A DNA stretch of 63,952 bases, filler included, from Stramenopiles sp. TOSAG23-2 (taxonomy: Eukaryota): assembly GCA_900128395.1 (NCBI GenBank). It is 23 parts of 23 records of this genome, joined end to end, with 100 filler letters (N's around TTAATTAATTAA, not from the genome) between each part and the next. Parts side by side here need not be neighbours in the genome. Positions count along the whole stretch, not along the records: positions 23,680 to 26,530 come from LT651497.1; positions 26,631 to 29,474 come from LT651498.1; positions 29,575 to 32,415 come from LT651499.1; positions 32,516 to 35,356 come from LT651500.1; positions 35,457 to 38,293 come from LT651501.1; 18 more parts are not named here. One strand, written 5' to 3'. The translations under genes were made by a program, and so were the position numbers. Below, in pieces: positions 25,043 to 36,274 of the stretch. Numbering within the stretch: position 1 is the stretch's first letter; every line of letters starts with the position of its first letter. The notes under the pieces were generated by a model that worked only from the letters and a program-made list of their open reading frames with translations, did not search any database and was not told where the DNA came from.

Positions 25043-25390
25043 ACACACACACAGAAGAAATGGGTATTATAAATGCAAATAAGAGCGTGGTTTTATCTAC
25101 TACTCTCTCTATAGAAACGATCTATTAAGATAATATGCAATAACAACCCAAACACACACACGTGAAATGGATATTGTAAATGCAAATAAGAGCGTGGTTT
25201 TATCTACTACTCTCTATATATATAGAAACGATCTAATAAGATAATATGCAATATAACAACCCAAACACACACACACACACACGTGAAATGGGTATTATAA
25301 ATGCAAATAAGAGCGTGGTTTTATCTACTACTCTCTATATTTATAGAAACGATCTAATAAGATAATACACTGAACAGTAACAATCCAAAC
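25043..25390 (+). repeat. Three copies of a roughly 115-bp tandem unit
   Basis: AAATGCAAATAAGAGCGTGGTTTTATCTACTACTCTCT..TAGAAACGATCTA x3. Confidence 0.9.
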
Positions 25391-26309
25391 ACTGCTTCAT
25401 ATGGTTCTGTATGTTCCTTATCCTACAATCAAAGAACCGACAGCAACATGCATGTATATATATATATATATATTTTAGTAAAAAATGTGTGCGAAAACAC
25501 AAAACACAAAAATAATAACGTTTATTTACGATTCGGAGGTGAAATCTGGAGGTGGAAAATCCAACATGTGCACATCAAATATCAAAAAAAAAATGTTCAG
25601 ATGACATCAAATGCTCCTATAATATATGCTTACTGTATAATATGAATGCCTTGAATTTTCAACATTCCCAGTTTTGGGATATACAATTTTACAATGTTGC
25701 CTATATCCGAATAATGTTTTTTTTCCATGGGGATTTTTTTTCTGTATGATCCGGAGGTGGAAAAATCCAACATCAAATATTAAAAAAAACACGTTCACAA
25801 ATGACAGCATACATAGTTCTGATTTCATGCCTTAAATTACCAATATTCCCATTTTAGTACATCTAATTTTATATACCCGTCAATAATTCTTTCATTCATT
25901 TGCTAATTTTTCTTTCTTGATCTAATGTGCTAATTAGACTAATGGATCTCATAGCAATAATAAAACTAGCTACTCAGGAAACCCCGCTATGCTATTCGCA
26001 TAATATACAGTATGGCAGCGAATAATAAAACTATTCACTATTGAAAAAAGAAAAAAGGGATGTGCGGAGTGCGGATGATGAAATATGAGAATATAGTGAT
26101 AAATACGTTAACAAAAACGTTGACAAAATGAAAAATATCTAATTTAGATGGGATAAAATGACAAAAAATGTCTCCAATTTTTAATATTTTTACATGAGAT
26201 GGGATGTAGAGATTGTGGAAAAACAAGATAACTTATGCATATAAAACTTATATTTATATATCGAACCTTTACATATATATATATTATACATACTTACTTT
26301 TTCGAATAG

Positions 26310-26416
26310 CATATTCAAAAGAAATTGTAATGACTGGAACGCATTATGATGTAAAAAACTCTACATCTAGAAGAAGGAGGTTATTGCAAAATTCAGAAGG
26401 CGGCAATGGGTCCTAA
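26310..26416 (+). CDS. Terminal exon of the same family (YSKEIVMTGTHY..RRRRLL)
   Basis: Follows a TAG acceptor at 26307-26309; aligns with the C-terminus of 44361-46361 (YSKDVVLTGTNY..RRRRLL). Confidence 0.7.
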
Positions 26417-26887
26417 GCTTCTAAGATTCTGTATATGATACCGAACATATTATAATAATTCGAAGTATTTAAAAAAATGGGAAGTGCGTAAAATATTTTT
26501 ATGACCCGATTTTTCTGAGAGGGACTTTCGNNNNNNNNNNNNNNNNNNNNNNNNNNNNNNNNNNNNNNNNNNNNTTAATTAATTAANNNNNNNNNNNNNN
26601 NNNNNNNNNNNNNNNNNNNNNNNNNNNNNNGGAATTATCATGAGTAAATTAAAAATAAATTATGCGTAAATTAAATTATATATATTATATATAATATTTA
26701 AAATGACATGTGTGTAAAAATAACAATATGATAGAGTATCATAAAATATCATTAGTAAATTAATATTAAAATTAATACCCATTTTCATGAAATAAAAAAC
26801 ATACATTTTATTGATGAATTGCAAGGATTGACTGAGCCACAAATAGTATAATTTTAATATTAATACCATGGGGTATAATATCGAGAT

Positions 26888-28597
26888 TCATTTCTTATTC
26901 AAAGTCCAATCAAACTGATTAAAGACACCCTTGAATCCAGCTGCTAATTGCGACTCTTGTGCTTGTGGTACAACACAATTTTTCCAATTTGTACGTTCTG
27001 GACAAGCAAGTGCCTTTGCAATAATTTGTCTACCAAATTGTAATGGCACAGTACCTGCATTTCTGCGTTCACCAGATATACTGTGTATAAAACGTTGACC
27101 ATCACAAAGTTCTATATATATATATTGTTTATCGTCAGGAATATAACCATCTAAAGCGTCGTTTTGCAGTACTAAATTAAATTTCAAATCGCATTTTACA
27201 CATTCCGACAAAAATGTAGTCTCAACTGATTGTGCAAAACTACTTGGAACAGGTATGATTTCAATATAGGTATGGTGTTGTGGACCTTTTGTGGTGACGC
27301 AGCGTTCGATGGATATAAATTTCTCATTATGTGAATTATAAAATGCTTTTAACGCTGACTTATATTTATTAGTTTCGTCAATCATTGTAGCAGTTGCATG
27401 TGCCATCGATTCCGCATGTGAGATAGGGACGATTAAAAGATGTCCAGCAGAAATACCACCTTTTGGCAAACATAAATACATTTCAGATGCAACACTAACA
27501 ATTAAATGTTTTTCACATGTTGGACTTGCTAAGCAGAACCAGCAATCTTTTCGTGATGGCACTTTGTTAAAACGACGTCTTTTATTAGGATGCTGTTGCA
27601 TTTGATTATTATTAGTATTATTATTACGGCGATGATTAGTTCTACCAAATCTATTGAACTGATTGTTTACTTGATTTTGTTCCAATCGAGCTGCATCTGC
27701 TGCATTAAATTTATGCGGCAACAATAATGGAGGTCGATTGTCGCCAAGAGGCATTAAATGATTATTTATATTATTAGTATTGCTATGATTGTTATTATTA
27801 TTTGACATAATGATGTATGGATTTTTATTCAATGGTACATTCAGTGGTGGTGGTCCAGGTGCAGTTGTAAATGGTTCAAGTGTCAAGGCATGTAACCATT
27901 TCTTTGATTTATCTTTCTCACCAACATTACCCAATCCAATGAAACGTGTTATATAATTGCTTGTGCCATTTCTATATGGTGGGAATTTCAAAAATCTATT
28001 TTTACAACCGGCAATATGGTATCTGTAAGTAGCAGATGGTGCTGCAACAAGTCGTTTTACTTGCATATTTTCTACTTTTGCTCCACCAGTATTAGGTTTG
28101 GCAGTTAATTGTAACATATCTTCAATACTTAAAGCCCATGTATGCGTCAATAGAAAATCAATTGGCTTGCCATTGTTACTATTTTCAGCAATTAAAACAT
28201 CAGCATCTTTTAGCGAAGCATTAGCCGATAGATACGCAATAGAAATGTTATTTATAGTATGAATACCCGACGTTCCAAGAAATGTTATATTTTTGCATAG
28301 TTCTTTTTTATTTTTTTCATTTACAATTAAACTTGCATATTTACCTTTAAAATCATCCACGCCACCTATAAAATACAGTGGTAATACAAAACCATTTATC
28401 TTTTCAATGAATACTTTATGGATATCCTCTTTTTCGACACCAGTGGATAAGGTTGTTGAATCCCTCTCATTCTTAAAAAAATTACCGACACATAAAACAG
28501 CATCAAACGGTCCGTGTTTCGATTGATTTAATTTTTTGACACGTTTTTCCAATACATCGAAGTTACCATTTACATCACCTGCAAGAAGAAATTTCAT
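26888..28597 (-). CDS. CWF19L1: CWF19-like protein 1 (pseudo-metallophosphatase plus CwfJ domains)
   Basis: LLAGDVNG..GPFDAVLCVGNFF, YHIAG, TRFIGLG, CWFCLASP, HLLIVPISH, PLQFGR, NWKNC. Confidence 0.93.
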   Translation of the reverse strand: MKFLLAGDVNGNFDVLEKRVKKLNQSKHGPFDAVLCVGNFFKNERDSTTLSTGVEKEDIHKVFIEKINGFVLPLYFIGGVDDFKGKYASLIVNEKNKKELCKNITFLGTSGIHTINNISIAYLSANASLKDADVLIAENSNNGKPIDFLLTHTWALSIEDMLQLTAKPNTGGAKVENMQVKRLVAAPSATYRYHIAGCKNRFLKFPPYRNGTSNYITRFIGLGNVGEKDKSKKWLHALTLEPFTTAPGPPPLNVPLNKNPYIIMSNNNNNHSNTNNINNHLMPLGDNRPPLLLPHKFNAADAARLEQNQVNNQFNRFGRTNHRRNNNTNNNQMQQHPNKRRRFNKVPSRKDCWFCLASPTCEKHLIVSVASEMYLCLPKGGISAGHLLIVPISHAESMAHATATMIDETNKYKSALKAFYNSHNEKFISIERCVTTKGPQHHTYIEIIPVPSSFAQSVETTFLSECVKCDLKFNLVLQNDALDGYIPDDKQYIYIELCDGQRFIHSISGERRNAGTVPLQFGRQIIAKALACPERTNWKNCVVPQAQESQLAAGFKGVFNQFDWTLNKK

Positions 28598-29194
28598 TGT
28601 GGTCTCTTCTCTTTATTTAATCCCCTTCTGTTTTCAAATTATAATAAGGTTGTGATGACAAGGAGAAAAATGGAAACTACAATAGAAACGCAGATGGTCT
28701 GATGACTTATTTATATATACATACGAGTGCTTATGTTGTGATTTTTATTGTAAAAATATTTATTATTGATTTATTTTTTTTTTTTGATTGTGGTGGTGCA
28801 GGGCACCCACCACCCACCATTTTGTCCATTGTGTGCCATTATTAATATTTTATTTAAGGGAAAAAGAAACGCAAGAGTTTCTCTATATGCTTGCACCACA
28901 CGCTAGCAGGCTAGTACTACTATATAAATTGTATGTACCACATCAACATCACCATCACGTCAACAACATCAGCCATCAGCTCGTCAGCACCACTTCTTCT
29001 TTTTTTTTGAAAATAGACCTATGTGCCTATATATATATATATGCAAAAAGTCTGGGATTGTATAACTTGAAAACCTTTAGCATACTACTTAATCTTCTAT
29101 ATTTGTTTTTGTGAAGAATCTGTATTATATTTATTATTCTAGTTTTATTCAAATTTTATAGTTTTCGTTCGTATATGATTATTGTATTGAAATT

Positions 29195-29474
29195 ATGTGG
29201 CAATTTTTTTTACACGACGTAAATGCTTTTGGTATTACTGTCATATGTCTTGCCGTTCTAAACAATATGGCAAATGATACAGCAATCATATATTTCAGTT
29301 TACCATTCTTGCTTACCAAATTAATTAAGTACATTCGCGAAAGAAATATTATGATGATCGCGCACGACTTGTTGGCATTATCATTATACGGATTGACTAT
29401 ATATAACAGAAATCATCCTAGCAATACATTACTTCATATGCCAGCACGATGTCTTCTTATTGAGGTATCTGTTC
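29195..29474 (+). CDS. Membrane protein, possibly TLC domain, 3' partial
   Basis: Hydrophobic segments; MIAHDLL..LLIEVS resembles TLC motifs. Confidence 0.4.
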
Positions 29475-29575
29475 NNNNNNNNNNNNNNNNNNNNNNNNNN
29501 NNNNNNNNNNNNNNNNNNTTAATTAATTAANNNNNNNNNNNNNNNNNNNNNNNNNNNNNNNNNNNNNNNNNNNNT

Positions 29576-31120
29576 GCTGACGACAATATCTCAATCAAAA
29601 AATTACCAGTTGATGTCCGTTTTACTTTTTTTCTAAATGGAAAAAACATTACTAAAATTGATTCACTGGGTCCCCGTGCCAAATTAACGCTTTTAACTTT
29701 ATATGGAATTGAGAGAACTATCGAATCAACAGTAGATGCTGCGGAAGACTTCGGTAGTTTAATTGATATGTCTGATAAAAACTGTAAATATGATGTTTTA
29801 CGGCGCAACGATAAATTACGATGGTATGTTTCTAATCCTTTTAACACAAAAGCCAAACTTGAGCTATCTGATTATAATGATAATGGTGTAGAAGATGAAA
29901 TTGAAAGACTTGCAAATAAAGGTCAAGGTTTTGTCTTAGACATCATTATACCATTGAAAAAAAGATTCATTGTTGAAATTGATAATCATCAAATTGAAGA
30001 ACTGTCTAATCCTAGTAATAACAGAAAAAAATCGAATAATAATACGTCAACAACAACAACAACAACAACAAAATCTACGGATGATGAGAAGAGGTTGGTG
30101 AAAATTCATTTATTAAGTGGTGGAGCTGTTGAACACCAGAACAATAATCAAGTCTATGCAACTAATAGTACAGCTGAAAGATCATTTACGTTTGATATTG
30201 GAAATGCAACATTGAAAAAAATAAAAGGAGTACTTTTATTTGGTAAAGATACAAAATTGTTTTGTCAAGCACTTCATGTTAAACCAAAACCACATGCCAA
30301 AAAAGTTGAAACTATTGATAATGACGAGCACTTGAAAAGTATTTTAGAAGAAGCATCTGCAAAAAATAAAGAACTTTATTTTGTATTTAATTTGCTTTCA
30401 GAATCAAGCTTAAATAAAAAAACAGTTGACGTAGAATATTTAGCTAATGTTGATTATGAAAATCTTGTAATTGAAAAAGTAAAGAAACATTCATCGTTTA
30501 ATGAATCAAATGAAGTTAATGAATTAATTCAAGTAATTGATAAAGGTATTGAAAAGCTTTATCATGATGCAAACTCTTGTATTCATCATGGATATTCACA
30601 ACGAACACGAATGACATATATGAGAGAATTAAGACAATTCAAAAAAACAGAATTACTCCGTTTAGTTACTGCTGTAAAAGATTTAAATTTTAGTTTTGGT
30701 GGATTTAAATCCAATATAACCATTTGTAAAAATCAATTTAAACCAGATAAACATGGCGGAATTCCTGTACAATTATCATCTGCATCAGGCTCATCAGGCG
30801 CATCATCTGGCGCCCCGTCTAACTTTAAGGAAGAATATTTCAAAGAGGCACTTGAAGAAAAACATCGTATTAGAAAACGAGAATTGGAAATCAGAGAAGA
30901 GGAACTTGCATTAAAAAAAAGAAAATTGGATCAAGAAAACGGTAATTATGCTACTACTGGTAATAATAATACAGGTACTACTAGTCCTTTTGAAAAGAAA
31001 TTAAAAGCGATTGAAAGAGTTTGTGCATTGAACTGTCCTGATGAGTATAAAAGGAAACTTCTTGATCAAATTGAAGAAAATCCACAATATCAAGATTCCA
31101 ACGCAACAGAAGAAGAATAA
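29576..31120 (+). CDS. Hypothetical protein with C-terminal coiled coil, 5' partial
   Basis: Frame of more than 500 codons open from the contig start; no domain recognised. Confidence 0.7.
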   Translation, partial: ADDNISIKKLPVDVRFTFFLNGKNITKIDSLGPRAKLTLLTLYGIERTIESTVDAAEDFGSLIDMSDKNCKYDVLRRNDKLRWYVSNPFNTKAKLELSDYNDNGVEDEIERLANKGQGFVLDIIIPLKKRFIVEIDNHQIEELSNPSNNRKKSNNNTSTTTTTTTKSTDDEKRLVKIHLLSGGAVEHQNNNQVYATNSTAERSFTFDIGNATLKKIKGVLLFGKDTKLFCQALHVKPKPHAKKVETIDNDEHLKSILEEASAKNKELYFVFNLLSESSLNKKTVDVEYLANVDYENLVIEKVKKHSSFNESNEVNELIQVIDKGIEKLYHDANSCIHHGYSQRTRMTYMRELRQFKKTELLRLVTAVKDLNFSFGGFKSNITICKNQFKPDKHGGIPVQLSSASGSSGASSGAPSNFKEEYFKEALEEKHRIRKRELEIREEELALKKRKLDQENGNYATTGNNNTGTTSPFEKKLKAIERVCALNCPDEYKRKLLDQIEENPQYQDSNATEEE

Positions 31121-31557
31121 ACCAAAAAGAAAATGTAAAACACCATCATATGTACATATATCTAGTTTATATATATATATGATGTTACACAAACATTATC
31201 ATACATTGTATGTATCATATTTAACAAACATGTTATATTATAATACACACCGTATATATATTTTAACACATAACATATTAATATATTAATATAAAATGAT
31301 GGTTAAAATCATATATTAATATATTTTAATGTATCACATTTATCTTTTATATAATATTTTATAAAATTTAATTTTTTATATATAATAATTTAGTTTTATA
31401 TATATGCGTGTATATTTTATTTTGTAATGCATACATATTTTATATTATTTGATAAAATATATTTAATGTGCATATGTATATATAATATATTAGTTTTAAA
31501 CACACAACACATACAACATTATATTTAAAAACAACTTGTACATTCTTCAAACATTTT

Positions 31558-32415
31558 TCAAACACCAGTTAATATCATCATCATCATATCATCATCATCA
31601 TCATTATCATCATTAGGAACTTCTTCTCGCCCCCACATAGATTTTATATAATTTTTAACATTATCCGATGTAACTGAATTCAATGCATTTAAATGCTTTC
31701 CAAACCAATCTAAATTTGTATCTTGCTGCCTTTTTATATCACATTTGTATTGATGGAAACTTCTTTCTATAGGGTGGTAGTAGGGGGAATATGCTGCTGT
31801 ATATATTATTCTGCAACCAGTTGGATGGAGAAGTTGTTCGATGATTAATTTATCATGGACCGAGGCATTATCTATCGTAATTACACTTCTTGGTAAATTC
31901 CTTTCATCATACCGATTCATTATTGGTACTATGCAATCATTTATATATTTGATAAACCTCGGACCATCGACGGTTTCAGGTCTTACAACCAATTCACACG
32001 ATTCCTTTATAAAACCTGAAATATCCATTGCTGCAATCATTGTATAATATTTTTCAAAGTCCTTTGGACCGAAATGTTCTTTTAATATCGCCGCTTTTCC
32101 ACTTTTGGACCAAGCTCTATTTTTCCTGGAAGCTTTTTTATCTTTATGTGTTTCATCAATCATCACAAATTGAGAAAGATGTGGAACTGAGTGGATTTCA
32201 TCAATAAACCTTTGTTGATCTAACTTCGATGCACTACGAGCATGCAATTCCATTTTTTTTAATGTGTATCCCTTTGACTTTAATAACTTAGAAATATGAG
32301 ATATAGACGTCGAATACCCTGTTCTATCAAATAGTTCAGCTGCAACTTGATCCAAATACAAAGATGGTTTTTCCAATACGATATTTATTAACGTGTTATA
32401 TACGACATTAATATT
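31558..32415 (-). mobile_element. IS630/Tc1-mariner superfamily transposase (DD34E), 5' partial
   Basis: HTH-like PSLYLDQVAAEL..SISHISKLL; IDET, DNASVH, YSPYYHPIE with 34 residues between the second D and the E. Confidence 0.9.
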
Positions 32416-32923
32416 NNNNNNNNNNNNNNNNNNNNNNNNNNNNNNNNNNNNNNNNNNNNTTAATTAATTAANNNNNNNNNNNNNNNNNNNNNNNNNNNNN
32501 NNNNNNNNNNNNNNNTTGCAATTCTTCTCTATAATTGAAATTTCGATGTGATTTATTCAATGAAGTTGTATATATATGTGTGTGAAAGATATGATAGCAT
32601 AGTAATTGGTATACTTAAAGTACAAATATAGGCAAAAAAATTAGAAAAAGTAGCTATAATTTTAAACAAAATTACCCGAAATGGAGGCTCACAAGTCCGT
32701 AATCCGCCTTAAGTAGTAGTTTTGATGATGAGAAGAGGCGTGATGATTTAGATTATTTAGATTGGGAAGTTTACATTTGTGCTTTAGTGCTATTGCATGC
32801 TAACCGATCTTTTGCAAATCTGTTTCGGAACCCTTACAAAAGTAGTCTTCCTGGCATACCAGCATACACAGAGGACAGAGAACAGCTGTTGTTTTTAAGG
32901 TAAAAGTAGCCCAGAAAATTGCT

Positions 32924-33300
32924 GTCACTATATTAATATATATAGCGTGGGATTACGAATTACGACTACCACTAGCATACACACAGCAGGTGTTATGCAG
33001 GTCAAATCACCACTAGCATACACACAGCAGGTGTTATTTATGTCAAATCAGTCAGAGTCACTATAGCATGGGATTACGACTACAACCGCTACCATACACA
33101 CAGCATCTGTTATTTAGGTCAAATCAGTCAGAGTCACTATAGCATGGGATTACGACTACAACCGCTACCATACACACAGCATCTGTTATTTAGGTCAAAT
33201 CAGTCCAGAATCCAGAATCCAGAGTCACTATAGCATGGGATTACGACTACAATCGCTACCATACACACAGCAGGTGTTATTTAGGTCAAATCAGTCCAGA
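32924..33300 (+). repeat. 76-bp minisatellite (3 near-complete plus partial copies)
   Basis: GTCACTATAGCATGGGATTACGACTAC..CATACACACAGCA..TGTTATTTAGGTCAAATCAGTC. Confidence 0.93.
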
Positions 33301-33648
33301 AAATACACCAAAAATAAGACCATTTATCCTCATATATAATATATATTGTTGTAAAAGAAAGAATAAACAGTCTGATGATAAAGAAAATCGTTCATTCATT
33401 CTTTGTATATTAGGTTAATATATTTATAATTGCTACTAAGAAAAACAACCACACGAGTGAAAAAGTTTCTTTAATAATTTTATTTTTTGGTTGTAAAAAA
33501 ATATAATTATAATTTTTAGATTTTGACGATAATTTGTTGATTAAATAATTCTTGTGTGTTTCATACAATAAATATATAGCAATACAACAACGACAAGAGA
33601 AATAGATAGATAGACATATATATATATATATATATAGGAAATAAAACA

Positions 33649-34508
33649 ATGGAAAACAATAATAATAATAATAATAATGAACCAAACCAATTTACTGGAA
33701 TGTATGATGGAACACAGAAATTTGATCAAACACCAGGTATAATAAAGGATATGAATAATGTTAATCTTCCAAAAACAGATGAAGTAAGTTAGTAAAATAA
33801 CGACTTCAAATCCAAAAATATAATATCATCTAACAATACATATAAATACATACATATATATACATTCAGTCTGGAAATCCATTGCATTTTGAATTACAAA
33901 ACCCATTTGTCACGCAACAAGGTGGTCAACCGATGCCACAAATACCATTTTTGCCTCCACCACCACATACACCACGTCCACCATTTGCATATATGGAATC
34001 ATGTGTTATGAAAGCCGTGTAAGTGTCACAACATACTCCTTTACAATATTATATATATATGTATATAAACAAAACAATCTCTAACAACATTCGTATATAT
34101 ATATATATAAATAACAGAACCGGTGCACCAATTGGATGGGTACTAGGTGGTGCTTTTGGTGTATTAATAGCATCATGGGAATCTATGTCACCACCAGTCT
34201 TGATGCCAAATACACCGGAACCACCAGGTAAACCATGGAAAGAAGAATTTCGTGCAGCTGGTAGAACAATGGGACGGAAATGTGCTTCATGGTCTAAAAA
34301 TTTTGCAATCGTCACCGCTGTATATCAAGGATTGGAATGTAGTTTAGAACGCGGGCGTGCAAAGCATGATATATGGAATCACGGTGTCGCCGGTTGTGGT
34401 ACTGGTGCTGTCTTGGCTTCTAAACATGGACCACAAGCTGCTTTGATGGGATGTGCTGGATTTGCAGCATTCTCCTTAGCGATTGAATCATTAATGAATA
34501 AGCATTAA
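33649..34508 (+). CDS. TIM22: Mitochondrial inner-membrane translocase Tim22, three exons
   Basis: Two GTAAGT..CAG introns; spliced MESCVMKAV..GWVLGGAFG, KNFAIV..ECSLERGRAKHDIWN..AGCGTG..GCAGFAAFSLAIE. Confidence 0.92.
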
Positions 34509-34810
34509 TATATAAATAAGAATGTGAATATGATATCAGAGATGTAACAAACGGCCGTGACTGTGTGTGTGTGTAAAACAATTTTTTATTTTGTACGACA
34601 CGTGGTGTAATTTTTTTTAAAACAAAATCCAAAAACGATGTAATTAAAAGTATATTTTTTTTAAAACTTTCTCTCCGTATAATTGCTCCCCTCCTCTCGC
34701 ACTTTCTGTGTTCATCAATTGTCTCGCTGTATACCCACAACCTCTTTTCTGCTGTGTACCAGATCTCAACACACAATATATTTTAAATGTAAATAATTTC
34801 AACCTTTTTT

Positions 34811-35272
34811 TTATGATAAATTTAATTTCCTCCATTGTTGATCTTGACTAGGTTGACTGCTAAAATTCATTTGTAAAATTTGTTTACGGATACCGACAAG
34901 GCATGAACCGATGGATGATGTTTGTGGGTTCCACGATGAGCTCATTTCTGGCACGGCGCTACCAATGACACGCCCGTCGCTTTGATTGACACATCGTAAA
35001 TTAATTTTAGTAATAAATTGTATAACTGGTGCTTCAAATGGATATCGATCTGTAACGAAAATTTGTAAACTCCACATTCTTTCACCTTGTGGTCCAATAA
35101 GCATGGCATGCCAACTATGTAAGAATAAATCAGGATTCTCTGGGGATTCAATACCAAACGTGATAAAATTGGCATGGGATTGATCTTTAATACCTTTACC
35201 TTTCTCCCCATCTTCATATTCTTGTAACAATTTAAAATTACGAGGGACTATTACCGCACTAGCACCGGACAT
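34811..35272 (-). CDS. MMS2: Ubiquitin-conjugating enzyme variant (UEV1/MMS2)
   Basis: VPRNFKLLQEYEDGEKG, WHAMLIGP, YPFEAP..FITKINL.CVN. Confidence 0.88.
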   Translation of the reverse strand: MSGASAVIVPRNFKLLQEYEDGEKGKGIKDQSHANFITFGIESPENPDLFLHSWHAMLIGPQGERMWSLQIFVTDRYPFEAPVIQFITKINLRCVNQSDGRVIGSAVPEMSSSWNPQTSSIGSCLVGIRKQILQMNFSSQPSQDQQWRKLNLS

Positions 35273-36274
35273 TATTATGTAATATATAATTTTTCGTACC
35301 TTTAATATAAAATTTGATTATAATTATAATAATTATAATGTTACTCTACACAATATNNNNNNNNNNNNNNNNNNNNNNNNNNNNNNNNNNNNNNNNNNNN
35401 TTAATTAATTAANNNNNNNNNNNNNNNNNNNNNNNNNNNNNNNNNNNNNNNNNNNNTATTATTATACTACATTATTAAAATTTATTATTAGTCGATATTA
35501 TTAATAATAATATATATATATTATTAGAATTATACATAATTGTGCTGGTTTTCTGTGTCTGCCCGACCGACAGGAAGTTATATAATACTTATACACTTAT
35601 ACTATACTCTTAGTAACTATTAATACCAGGTACCTAGGTATAATGACTCGTTTTATTTTTAATTTTTGAATAGTGCAATAGTCTGTCGCCTGTCGCCTTT
35701 GGAGTTTCTTTTTTACACACACACAAAGCCTGAGGATGATGGATAGCAAGACGACTTTCCTATATATTGCACTCAGCTAATGCTATTGCCTGTATTTATC
35801 ACAAACTTGAGACTACCTGGTAGAATATAATACGAGATACGAGAATACTGGAATACGCACATACAGCTGACAGACTGACAGACGACTAGACCGCTCTATG
35901 ACAGACAGGACGCCAGCTGGGCCAGCGGGCCAGCCAGGACGCCAGGACGCTGGAAAATGAGATATTGAGATGGAAAGAACAACACCTTAAATCTGTTTGC
36001 TTTCACTTAAAATAATTTATTTTAAATAATTACGGACGACAGTTAAAAACCGTTGTTTATAATAATATGAATTGCAATTAGAATTTATCAAAAAATAGAA
36101 ACAGAATACAACAATATATCATATAAAAAAAGGATAGAAAAGAAGAGAATACACCACTATATATATATAGATATAGACAACAATAGTCATTATACATAGA
36201 CAATAATATATATATATATAAAAAAAAGAAATAATCATTTCAATAAAGAAAAAAAAATTAAGAAAAAAAAAATA

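Noticed and set aside
29576..31120. Fanzor/TnpB nuclease next to the IS630-like transposase
   Set aside because: No RuvC motifs or CxxC zinc finger visible in the C-terminal region where they would be expected.
32924..33300. CRISPR-like array (also considered for 21964-22083, 25043-25390 and 39124-39392)
   Set aside because: Head-to-tail tandem units with no unique spacers; no cas genes; eukaryotic context.
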